DNA of 19,861 nucleotides from Chlorokybus atmophyticus (GCA_009103225.1 RHPI01002829.1:1-19861), one strand, 5' to 3'; shown: positions 8,192 to 19,764, numbered from the stretch's first letter. Program-made: numbers and translations. Notes: generated by a model from the letters alone, not told the origin.

Positions 8192-10924
8192 ATGGAGCTC
8201 GGCGCAGTACGTCGGGCGGCGGCGGCGGCGACGTGGAGGTGGAGCTGCAGGAGGACGTCAGTCAATTGCAGGCCTGCTCGCCTGCGTGTCTTTTCCTGCA
8301 TGGCGTCCGCGCCCTCTAATCCAGCTGAACTGAGAGGAGTAACGGTAGGCTGAGTTGAATTCAGTCCATCAACGAGCTGCATACAAGCAGTTTTAGAGCC
8401 TGATTGACTGTAAGTTTTATGGAGCAATGCTTGTGTGTGGGGTCACACAGGGCAGCAAGGATGGCGTGGTCTCGGTGGAGTGGCTGAAGCCCAGGTTGAA
8501 GGACGTAAAGGTCCTGGACGCCTCTTGGTACATGCCTGGGGATAAGAGGGACACGCTCGAGGAATTCCACAAGAAAAGGATACCAGTAAGTGAGCAGTCT
8601 GCACTGCATCATTGGTTAGAGGCAATTGTAGCAGCACACGCTCAATTTGTCCGCGAGTCTATGTGTGAAAGCGCGCTGTGTATGGTTTGTTCTCGCATTG
8701 GAACAAATGCATGCCAAGCGCAAGTCGTGCAGTGTATGTTATAACCAGCCTTGTTGGCTTGGTGGCAGTATAGGGTGCAAAGTTTTTCGACATCGAAGCA
8801 ATATCAGATCCACACACAGGTACCTGCAAATAAGTGCCACATGCCTCAGGCACTTTCGTTCACACTTTATTTGTGCGTCTCTGTCTGCTTCGTTAATGGA
8901 CTTGCAACAACAGACTGTTTATCTAAAGTTATGTCTTCCAGATCTGCCCCACATGCTGCCGTCAGAGGCGTCCTTCTCGGGCGCTGCGTCGGCCCTGGGC
9001 CTGGCCAACAGCGACACGATCGTGTGCTATGACACTGCGGGACTCTTCAGTGCTGCACGTGCATGGTGGTGAGAGAAACTGCTGACAGGCACATCATGCG
9101 CTTGTCAATAAGCCCCTTCCTTGCTTGCTTGCGAGAATCATTTGTGAAGTTGTTGCATTGCAGGACCTTTAAGGTGTTTGGGCACGGGCCTGTCTATGTG
9201 CTCGATGGGGGTTTGCCCGCGTGGGTCAGTGCAGGATGTGACATTGATACACAATCTGATGGGGAGGCGCAAGCACAGGTACGTTTGCATATGCTCGGTT
9301 AGGGTTGAGTAGCTTAGCCTATGCTGCTAGTTGACTTACAGCCGGTCTTAGTATGCCACATTGGCGAGGGAGGGGGGGCGGGGGGGTGATTATTATTATG
9401 TCTTCCAATTTAACCTCATCTGACAACTGCATGTAGATAGACTCCGCTGTCAAGATGGCCAGAGAGTTAGCAAGCTCAACTATGCAGGTGAGTTGCTTTT
9501 GCATGCAGCAAGTGACTTGCCATCACGGCTCAATATGCATCACCGTGATAACATGTAGCGCTTACAGTCTTGTTTTGGATGTGTTATGCAAGGACGTACA
9601 TGTGTGGTTCGCATATGCGAGTATGTAGCTGGCATGCATGTGTCTTATGCCCGACTTTAATTGTAGGACACATAAACGCCGTTGCCTGTTGAGCTTTGCG
9701 TTTGGCAAACAATGCTAACAGCATGTTCTCCATCAGGCACCCGCAGTGACAGGGTTGAGCTACAAAGCAAGCTTGCAAGAGTCATGGGTGCGGTCCCTTG
9801 ACCAGGTGGGTACTTTCTGTTTTCGCATGCATGGCTCTCACAGTCAGTGCAGTTGAACTTAATGACAGGGCTTATTTAGAATACTGTCATTGTTACAGAC
9901 GAGGGGCATTGTGGCTGCGGGCAACCCTCAAATGGTCGATGCTCGAGGAGCTGGCAGGTAACCACTGGTCAATGCATGTTACCCAAACTACTCGAGGGCC
10001 GAGAGTGCTGTGTGCCAAAGGCTCAGTTCCTGCTGTCTGTGTGGTTCCTGATGTAAAGTTACTGTCGGCAGATTCATTGGGACAGCACCAGAGCCTCGCG
10101 CAGGTGTGCGAGGTGGCCACATGCCTGGCAGCAAGAATGTGCCATTCTCAGAGGTGTGTTGTTGTGGTTGTTGTGGTTGTCGTCGTCAAGTAGGTCTTGT
10201 CCCATCGATGCAACATGTTGGCACAACAACTCGATGGGCCCAGCTGCATGCTTGGTACATGCAGGTCTTGCAAGAGGGCAGGCTGAAGAGCATCGACGAT
10301 TGCGCGGCCGCTTTCAAGAAAGCAGGTGTGGCTCTGATTCCAGTTCAGGCGCTGCGAGCGCGGCAACAGTTCTCTTGCTGCTGTACTTGTGTGCCAGATT
10401 GGTTGTGGTGTGTTACAAAATGTGTTGGTGACCACCATGTTGCATGCACAAGTAATCGCCAAAACTCGCCGCGCAGTGCTATGAGCATGTTATGGCAATT
10501 GCAATATCAACTCCATGGCCAATTGACGTGGACTTGACTGCAATTGTCTGCCTTGCAGGTGTTGACCTTGAGCGTCCAATAGTGACCACGTGCGGCACCG
10601 GAGTGACTGCAGCAGTACTTGCTCTGGTAATTAATGCTGTTCGCCGGGGGTCATGGCCATGTGTAACATGCAGACTCACACATGCACGCTTGACTGTTAC
10701 CTGAGCGCGATTGTATTTGGTGTATCACCTCCTATAAGCAATCCTATGCATGCATGATATTCGTCACATTGTTTCCAATGCAGATAGGCTTTGATGGCGT
10801 TTTGAGCCCAATTAACATATGGTGGCAGGCTTTGAATCAGCTTGGGCACAAGGACTTCTCCCTGTATGATGGCTCGTGGACCGAATGGGGCGGACGGAGT
10901 GACACGCCCGTGGAGACCAGCTAG
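8192..10924 (+). CDS. MPST: 3-mercaptopyruvate sulfurtransferase (tandem rhodanese domains, STR1/MPST-like) with an N-terminal transit peptide, 353 aa
   Basis: 12 exons: 8192-8344, 8451-8585, 8774-8819, 8942-9068, 9164-9278, 9437-9487, 9737-9805, 9899-9957, 10072-10153, 10265-10325, 10559-10626 and 10829-10924. All introns GT-AG and in phase. Motifs VLDASWYMP, LPHMLP, SAARAWW, VLDGGLPAW, DARGAGRF, GHMPGS, active-site CGTGVT and YDGSWTEW. Confidence 0.96.
10154..10188 (+). repeat. (GTT/GTG/GTC)n imperfect trinucleotide repeat at the start of MPST intron 9
   Basis: gtgtgttgttgtggttgttgtggttgtcgtcgtc. It gives the poly-Val and poly-Thr seen in spurious ORFs. Confidence 0.8.
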
Positions 10925-12299
10925 TCTGCACAGTAAGTTGTACTGTTGGCAATGGCATCGTAGCCGACTGCAACCTTCCAGCACTGTCAATGGGGATTCT
11001 TTCTCGCGGACCAAACTTGTGGTTTTGGCAGATACAGCATCGGCACGGTACATTGGTAAGGGTATGTGGAGGGTATGTGACTGCGTGGCAATTGCAAAGG
11101 CAAGAAATGACATCTCGACGCCCACAACACGTACAATGACAGCCTGCAAGGGGTTTTTGAAATAAAGTAGGGAGACTCATGGCCAACGAGAGCGTGCAAT
11201 CGTCATTGTCTTCCACGAGTGGTATCTCTTGCCAGTGAGCTCACAGCTTGTGTAGTCTTTCATGGCGTGTGCAGTAGTCATGAGCTTGTACGACTGAGAG
11301 CAACAGCGCCGCTTTGCGAGTCTTGCAGCGGTTGTTCATACTGAGGCGTTGGCCATGTTTGTATAATACTACCGCAGGATACACACATGTGAAGTATAAA
11401 ACTAGATAAGCAGTATATAGGTATATAAGCACCACCACTACACACGGTTCAGTGGACATGATGCCCATGTCATGTGATTGGCATGTTGACAGCCAGTGAA
11501 CCTCGTATCTTGATGTGTGCGCTCATACCAACTTGAAGTTCAAGTTTATGCCAATGCCGATTGGCAACTTGTACACCACATGGCGCATTCCTCTGGCCCC
11601 AGCTAAGCAATGAAGTGTGTAGTGTGTTTGTCGTGTGATAGTCAGCAAATTGATGTCAATAGATTGCCATGCTGTCGCTGCTTACCACGCCCATAGATGT
11701 CGTCAATGCCGTGCTTATTGCGTCACTGTGGAACTGTTACCAACGCATTGCTGTGATCGCATACTTATTTTGTACAACACCCAGCACAGCAGTCGCCCTA
11801 CTCCGCCCTGCTCTGCCCTTCCCTCACCTGCTACCCTTGCTGTTGCTGTTGCTGCTGTGGAGTTGGAGACCCGGGACTGACCCTGCTTCAGGTATGCTGC
11901 TTGCCCCTGCCCTTGCCCTCTCCCCTACCTGCCCACCCTACCCTACGCCTCGCATGCACTTAGCTAAGCGCATGCACTTAGTCTAGCTGCCCCTACGGCT
12001 GGTGATGTTTTGTGCTTGCCCTTGCTGCTTGCCGTGTTTCTGTTGTACTGTTGTGTGAACGTTTGAGACATCTGCTATACTTGGACAGCCTATACTTATG
12101 TACTGAACTCACACCATCGTGTGAATCCAGTGGAGCACAGTTTGGGTTTTCACCACTGCCTCCATTTGCAGACAATGTCTATAGCAACCATCCAGCAAGG
12201 ACGCCTTCGTCCCAAACATCACTCGTAAACATAATTTCCCTATCACAATTCCTCTTTAGACATCCTCCTGGGGCGAATAATTCGAATTCACCGCTTCCT

Positions 12300-15200
12300 T
12301 CATGCAAGCCTCCAGCTTCCAGCAAAGACCTCCTGCGCCGGCCCCGTCATGATGATCCTCCCGTCCTCCTCGCGCCACTCAATCTGCAGCGGCCCGCCCG
12401 GCAGATCCACACGGCACCGCCGCTCGGCCCGGCCCTCCAGCACCGCCGCCACAACCAGGGCGCACGCACCCGTCCCGCACGCCAGCGTGGGACCTGCACG
12501 ATGATGATACAAACATTGTTAACCGTGGACGCAGTGGGATGATGTTGTGAGAGGAGCTGCTTCCATCACACAACATGTGCATCGCCATGCAAGCCTCAAC
12601 ATACATCACTAGCTGTGTATGTCTCTGCATGCCAGCATATATGCGCAACTAAGTCTACACATATGCACACGTACACTTGCTGATGCTTGGAAGCATGATG
12701 TACACCAGTGTTTGGTTGCGTGTACACTTGTGCACGTGTACGTGCATGCATACATCATGCATGAGCCGCTGCAACATGCATAAACAACAGCTCATGCAAT
12801 CCTGCATGCTTGCAAACAGAGGAGAACGCCGGGCTAAGACATACCTGCACCTCGCTCCCACACTCGCATCTTCAAGTGCGTTCTTGACAACACTTGGACA
12901 AACTCCGTATTGGTGCGCGCAGGGAACATCTGCCAAACCACGAAGTCAATGCATGCATGAATACGAATACAACCCCAACTCCATGCAAAGCGAACTCGCA
13001 CACTAAAGGCGTGCGCACGAGCAGCTTCAACACCAACCTCATGGCGTTCAAACATGGGTCCAATGGTATACAAGTCCAGCGCATCCACATCATCAATAAA
13101 CGTGATGCAGTGTGGGTTGCCCATGCTCACACACGTCACATTCCAACTCTTTCCATCAACTGTCATAGGCACCGCCACCGCGCTGCCGTCCTGCCTGTTC
13201 GGCTGCAACATTGGTGACTTGAGCCTAAGCTATGGTTTTAACTTTTTGGTTTCAAATACATGCAAAAGCATTACAAACCTTCAGCTTTGTAGGCACCAGC
13301 TCAGCCTTCAGTATCGGCTTGCCCATGTCTACAACAACCTGCGCAAAACGTGTAAATTCTATATACACCCTATGGAAGCGCTCATCTATGCCCACAGGTG
13401 TGTACATCCACCTTATGCTGCCCAGCACATGTCACTCTGCACACTGAGCTGCAGAGTGACATGAGTTGTACCTCTACATGCGCCAAAAAAACTGCACACC
13501 TGCACCTACATGCATGCATGCATGCACCTGCACACGCATATGCGTATTAGACAGACATATGTGTACCTGACCATCTGGCAGCACTTGAGGCGCGATGGGG
13601 CCAGCGAGGGTGTCAATCGTGTACCCGACCGGCTGCTCGGCGTCGCGGCCCTCGAGCTCTGAAACAAACCTGAATTGTTGCGTGTCTTTATTACTACTCA
13701 TGTGCGTGCTGGTATTGCAAACATTGTCAACTGTTGCACGCGCAAGCGCACAATACGTGTTGCGTCTTCACACCCTAAATCATGATGATGCGTAAAGTCA
13801 ATGTGTTAAGCAGCGCAATGACGAAGACCTAGCGCAAATGATGTTGGGAAAAGCACAAAGTCAACACCGTTGACAACTAGCGCTACGGACAATGATACCA
13901 ACGATACGCATCATTGTAACAATATCAGCATTGATGATAGTGAAGACAACCACGGACAATGGTAAGGATAAGGGAGCATGTAATCACCTTGCCATGCATC
14001 GGATGCCATTGCCGCACATCTCCGGCTCACTGCCATCCGCGTTGTATATTCTCATAGTGTAGTCGCTGCTGGCACCTGCCATAGAAGTCACCATTGTCAA
14101 AGTAGAAGTAGAGTAGAAACGCCTGGACACAATTAAGACATAAGACAGCCAACCGACTGACGATGGGCTGCTCACCATAAGGACAACAAAGACATCGCAA
14201 AGAAAGGAGTATGCATCTGCAACATGGGATTGAACTCAACAAAACACAGCACCAAATTAAACATAACCGAACTGATCGAAGCAAATGCACTATAAGTGCA
14301 CTATAACTTACACTGACAAAAGCACGCATATGCGCAGTCGGATACAAATGTGAGCGTACTGCACGTGAGCGCACACTGCATGCGCATGCGTGTGTAAGTG
14401 CCCATGCATCTGCACGTGTTCTCACACGGGCACGCGCGTGCGCGTGTGGGCATGGGCAACACGTGTGCGCGCGTGCGCATGCATACACACTTATGTATGC
14501 TGATGTAGCCTACCTGGCAGGGCGAAGATGACACCATCAGCGCCAACTCCAAAGTTGCGGTCGCACAGCCTCACCGCCTCGTCCGGGGTAATAACTGGGT
14601 CCTTCTGATGGCGATTGTCCACCTGCACGCAAATGAACATGTGAGGCCATACCAGACGCAAACACATGCACCCGCATGCACATGTGCTTGCACGCACACA
14701 TAGCAAACAACAACTGGCAAACAGAAAAAGACAAGGCGCTTGTAACCAATAGGGGACAAAAACTGCAATTCTACCAATGCACCAAAGCAGAATAGACACA
14801 GTGAATCTAAGCAACTGTCGCTGTGTCAGTTGAATGCCACTAGCTGAATGATTGTTGCAACACGGCATGACGGCTGCAGTGGCGACAACGAGGAAATACA
14901 ATAAGAAAGAGACATTGATACCCAATATGTGGAAAGCGGGCAGGAAGGCACAACAAGACTCCGTGCTCCACTGCAGGCTTGCGTTGCATGTTCAGTAAGT
15001 GCAGGACATTGATGCTGATTGAGACACTGGTGAAGATGCTAGGATTGTGTGTAAATGCACCAGCTGAGCAATGCTGCCTGCGTGATGTGGGTACTTCAAC
15101 AGCAGCTGGCTGAAGCGGTCTGAGAAACGCTCCTGACAGCCAGTTAAACATTGGTCAACCATACCAATATAAAGTCATTGCCAAGGCCCTGGTATTTCAC

Positions 15201-15431
15201 GAACGCCAGCTGCTTGCTGCTGCCTCCTTTGTTGCTGGCCAGGCCTGAGGGGGCTGACGGGGAAGCCAGAGAGGCCGCCACGGCCCTGAGCGGGCGGCGC
15301 ACAGCTGCGGCGGGACGGCCAACTCGAACTTGCACTGTTCTCACACCACTGCTACCAGCCGCCACGTGGCAATTGAAGGAGGAGACGCTCCCCTCGCATA
15401 CCGCTACCGCGGCCGCCGCCGCCCCCGCCAT
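12300..15431 (-). CDS. dapF: Diaminopimelate epimerase, probably plastid-targeted, 356 aa
   Basis: 8 exons: 15431-15165, 14622-14514, 14075-13988, 13669-13567, 13338-13279, 13202-13038, 12929-12845 and 12493-12300, all GT-AG and in phase. Motifs [21 protein letters not shown], catalytic EMCGNG, SMGNPH, NTEFV, VWERGAG and catalytic ACGTG. Ala/Ser/Arg-rich N-terminal extension. The ORF-track start at 15449 is TTG; the first ATG is at 15431. Confidence 0.97.
14370..14490. repeat. Alternating purine-pyrimidine (GC/CA/TG) low-complexity tract in dapF intron 2
   Basis: Runs such as gcacgcgcgtgcgcgtgtg and acacgtgtgcgcgcgtgcgcatgcatacacac. Confidence 0.7.
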
Positions 15432-15966
15432 CGCCCCAATCCCTGACAATGAGACCCACTGTAGTTCAGCGGCCCGTTTGTCTGCCTCAGTTCAGCAACT
15501 GCACGACTCATTGCGATGGTGGGTGTTAGAGTTTGGTAACAGGGTTGAGACTCTCAGCTTGAGTTGGTTAAGCGTAGAGAATAGTAACATGCCAAAGACG
15601 AAAGCACGTCCTTGCGCTGCCTGGACATAGCTGCTGCTTACTGCGTTTGACCTGTCACAGCTTGTACTGTTTGTAGCTTATAATGTGATGTTGTGCCACG
15701 TGCTTGAGTAGTGACGGATGATTGGTGGAGTGTTGACTCAACAGAACAGCGGTAGTGCTCAAGGGAACAACGCTGATGATGAGGGAACACAGTAGTGCCC
15801 AAGCGAGACGCGCGTACGCATATGCTGCCATGAAGGTGTTCAGCTGTCAGAAGACACAATGCATGGGACCGTTGATGTGCTGCAGTGCTCTACATAGCGC
15901 ACATGTATGGACAAATCTTAAAAAAATAGACGATCGCGCAACAGCAAAAGTAACAGAAACCAAAGC

Positions 15967-15979
15967 TTACAGGCTTACA
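15967..15979 (-). promoter_or_regulatory. Tandem TGTAA polyadenylation-signal candidates for the VHL-like gene
   Basis: TTACA on + at 15967-15971 and 15975-15979 (TGTAA on -), about 280 nt downstream of the stop at 16255. UGUAA is the established chlorophyte poly(A) signal. Confidence 0.55.
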
Positions 15980-16254
15980 GTAAGCATTCTCTAGCTGATA
16001 CGTTAGGCTATACCCACAAAAACAACTGATCCCCAAAAATTAGTAACCTATGCTACATATCCCGCACCAGCGGGAAACCCAACACCAGTACAAACGGTTC
16101 AATATATGCCGCTTTAAAGATGCTCGACCGCAGCTTTATATCCCACATACATACACTAAACCGAGGGCGTATACGCGTCGCCCAAGAATAGAGAGTTAAG
16201 GAAATGTTGGAGGTGATGTGTACGCATCATAAAAGCGACACAACAACTTTGCGC

Positions 16255-17503
16255 TTAACCGCGCGCGGGCAATGGTGGCAGAACGTCCAACAGATCGATG
16301 GGAGCCAAGTGCCTGATGATGACCGTCACAACCTCAGCCGGCAGCGTGCTGAACAGAGCCGCCTTCTTTTGTGCATTCTGCTGTCGAGCAAGTATCTTCT
16401 TTTTCTCCTGCTGTGATGCACAGGCGCGACATGATCAAAACCAGCAACCGGACTAACCACGTGACCCGGGGGAGGGGGGGGGGAGCGGCATGGATGTCAC
16501 AATTCAACATACACACATGCACATACATGCGCGCTGGTACCGGATGCAATCAAGCAGACAACAAGCTTGTTAGGCTCAGGTTGTGTGTATGCTTACTTCA
16601 GCTGGAGCCATGTGTCGCAACCGGTGGTGGACACGTAGCAGAGTCTTGGTGGACTCCTTAAAACCGTCGGGGAAGCGCTTGTGCGTCTCGCGCGACCACA
16701 ACAAGGGTTCAGGATTGCGGATGCGAACCACCGTATCCTCCGGTGCTGGAAAATACGTCTGTCGCATATTGCACAAACAGGTTGTCAGCACATTGCAAAT
16801 GCCATTGCAGCAAGAACAGAGGAAAGAAGAAGTGCCCAGGTATCTTGCCAAAAAAAGCTGGAAACCAGCATGATATGTTGTTCATTGTTCAATGCAATGG
16901 TGACTTACATCCCGTCTGTCGACCAGCATCTTGATGCCGTCCGCAGAAATGAAGCGCCATGGATGGGTCACGAATGTCTGCTGCCTGTACTCTTGCGCTG
17001 GCTCCAAAGTGTCATACTCCACCTGATGATAAAAAGCAAACATAAATGGCTGTGGAAAGCGAGGCGTATTGTTGCATTGGTGGTGTGCACTTGTGATGCT
17101 CACTAGTCCATGTTTGCAATGCATGATAGAGCAACCAATGGTCAAACAGTGTCCGCACCAACGCTGCACACGCACCTCTTGACCGGCATAGTCCAGCCAG
17201 TAGAGCTTCAGCGTCTGTCCCGTTTCATTGACAAACAGCACATGAATGCGCTGTGCGCAAAGCAGTGACCTACCAGGACAGGCATGCAAGTCAGTGGCAC
17301 TGAAGTAAGCTTGCCAGTAAGGCGATTGCAAGATAATTCTTCAGTCATGTCACGAGTACAGGCAGGCGTGACACCCAAATCACATTGGCTGCGAGAGAAG
17401 CAACTCTCTTTCACCTGTGACGCTCCAGTTTGCCGCCTTTGCGTCCACCTTTGGTGGCCCACTCTGGTCCTCCACCGGTGCAGACAAACACACGTCGCAG
17501 CAT
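16255..17503 (-). CDS. von Hippel-Lindau (VHL) beta-domain protein with a C-terminal F-box-like motif, at least 204 aa
   Basis: Exons 17503-17415 (start uncertain), 17269-17176, 17022-16909, 16758-16597 and 16410-16255, all in phase. FVNETGQTLKLYWLDYAGQEVEYDTLEPAQEYRQQTFVTHPWRF aligns without gaps to human pVHL residues 76-119 (from memory). Tail: WSRETHKRFPDGFK...LFSTLPAEVVTVIIRHL. Confidence 0.85.
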
Positions 17504-19000
17504 TTGCACACTGGGGCGAGCTGGCGTAGCCGCAGCGCTGCCCCTTACCTTGCTGTCACCTCCCACCTTCAAGCACGAGACCAAGCATGGCAAGGCAAAG
17601 GCGGCGGCAAGTGGCGACCCCAACTTTAGCTTTCTCTTGCGGCCTGGCCAGCCTTAACAAACCCTACCCCAAACGACCACTGCCTCGCCCAGCCTCCAGC
17701 AAGCAATGCGGTGCAGTGCCCCTCACCAAATCCACACTGCAGTCTATTGCAACCGAGCCAATGCCGACCAATGCCCCCTCGCACGACTACCACCCCGCCG
17801 CCCCCGCCGCCCACACCGCTGCCCACACCGTCATTGCCACCTGCTAATGCCGCTTTTACCGCCAACGACAGACTGACCGACACAACGGGTCGCTTACATC
17901 GGCCGTAGATACTTTATCAACTGCTTAATAGCCCAGAGACGGACCGTCATTGTGCTTGCAGTCACAGGATTGTTTGTCCAGAGTCTCGGACAATTGTTGC
18001 GCAGAGAGCGCTCCCCCGCGCAACCGGCCGCGGCCTCCGCAGTGTCCGTACGGATATTCTGGCGGCCGGGACGCGGTGAAGGCGCGACCGGTGGAGTCAT
18101 GGAGCTTGCAGCTAGGATCTATTGACAAGATGTATTATTTCGTGCGCGGCTCCGGCTGTCGCAGCAGGGTCGCGTGACGGGCCTTTGTGTCTGCTGATGA
18201 CGAAGTGCGACTGCGAAGAGGGTGCTTTTGGTGCTAGGTAGCTCTACGCAGTAAAGTGTCCTTCTGACAGTACATGTTGTACTTCAGAGCGCTATGCGAG
18301 CACGCTCATCCCCTAGAGCCTACCAGAGTACAGACCCTTGCTTGTTTGACTTGCCTCTTTGATGCTGTTGAGGGGTCCGTTGGCAACAGGAGGAAGTGCC
18401 TCAGCTTTCCCCATTGTTAGCCAATTCTCCTCACCAATTCATCATGTCACTCATTGACATCCATGCACAACACTTGAATGTGGACCAGTATAGGTATTGT
18501 CATGATGTGATTTCGGGCTTGATTTAAAACCTGGCTGAAGTTGACTGGTTTGATCAATAACTAGAGTCCCTTTTATCGCACCTTAGAGGAACCATCGATG
18601 GTGAGTTTCGCGATTACCTCCCTTACCTATCATCGTTGTTTGCTATTAAATACCAAAGTTATATTTATGATCGATATGTATCACAACAGTTCAGTTATAT
18701 AATTTAAAATACTTGAGTTGCTTTGCCGCGCGATTACATAAATTGCATCATCTGTAGATGGGATTCACAATATTACGGCATATACACATCTGTATGCCGC
18801 TATGATAGTAAATATGATCATGCGTTATGCGCATTTATGCTTGAATAACACGGCAATATGTTTCCTTGCTATTGTTTTAGCAAACGCAATTACTAATTAA
18901 CTATGTATACAACAATTCCACTTCATTTCGCTTATAAGAAAACTTGCTCTGAGATGCTTAGCGCAATATGGCAAGTATTTTAAACTGTCATTGTGGGAGG

Positions 19001-19140
19001 CTGTCACTGTCTTCAACAGTGATAGTTTCCAACTCAAACAATGCGTGTTTTTAAGACGCAAGCAAGCTAGTTTTTAAGACTGGCCCGATTGCGTCTTGAA
19101 AACACTCATTGTTTAAGACTGTCACTGTCTCCAACAGTGA
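19001..19140. repeat. Composite repeat: 26-bp inverted repeat flanked by 22-bp self-hairpin direct repeats
   Basis: IR 19036-19061 / 19089-19114 (24/26 match). DR CTGTCACTGTCT(T/C)CAACAGTGA at 19001-19022 and 19119-19140, each containing TCACTGT...ACAGTGA. Confidence 0.85.
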
Positions 19141-19392
19141 GTGCACGTGTTTCCAAGCATGACCTTCAAGTTATAATGCTCAGCATCAATGAAGACTATG
19201 ATTGTCTTCAATTACTGCAATGACTTTGCTATTTCCCCCAATAGTATTTATTTTATTCACAATGTGTAGTTGTTGTCCATGTTATGCCGAAAATCCCTCA
19301 ATATAATTAATGTCACCATAAGATGCTACATATGAAAAATGAAGCAAATGAATATGGAAGCGCCTTCAATGCCATTTATTATACACGAACAA

Positions 19393-19467
19393 GACCGTAG
19401 CTTTACTTTACCAAACAATCATATTTGTAACGATAAATATTGTGAGAAATGGACCGTAGCTTTACTT
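19393..19467. repeat. 16-bp exact direct repeat, 59-bp period
   Basis: GACCGTAGCTTTACTT at 19393-19408 and 19452-19467, each followed by a similar AATCAT. Confidence 0.8.
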
Positions 19468-19764
19468 AAAAAATCATGTTGGCTTAACAACATCATGAAG
19501 TGCATGTGGTGTACATGGTACATGGTGTACATGTACATCTATGTATTAACCACATCATACATAATCGCAATCAACGCGAATGCAGACACTGTGGCGGTAC
19601 TACGCATATTATATAAATTCAAGTCTGTGGCATTGCGACCATGTTGGTAGCTAGTAGTACTACTATTAGCTGCCAATATTACAAATGTTATATATGTGAT
19701 ATCATGCATATACAACGTAGAGGTGGAAGGCAAATCCTTCACCTAAGGGACAATTTACGTCGGC

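Noticed and set aside
12012-12542. 176-aa plus-strand ORF
   Set aside because: Antisense shadow of the dapF last exon and 3' UTR.
8192-15431. MPST and dapF as a functional metabolic cluster
   Set aside because: The pathways are unrelated (sulfur transfer versus lysine synthesis), the genes are convergent, and both are ordinary housekeeping genes.
15151-15630. 159-aa plus-strand ORF
   Set aside because: Antisense shadow of the GC-rich dapF exon 1.
18372-18707. Ulvophyte-type TAA/TAG-to-Gln genetic code
   Set aside because: MPST ends in TAG at the expected C-terminus, and none of the roughly 1270 sense codons in the four well-supported spliced genes is TAA or TAG.
19339-19650. 103-aa plus-strand ORF
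   Set aside because: It overlaps direct and micro-repeats, has low-complexity M/Y/C composition and no motif.
19721-19760. Helitron 3' end
   Set aside because: A hairpin is present, but there is no CTRR terminus at the expected distance on either strand.
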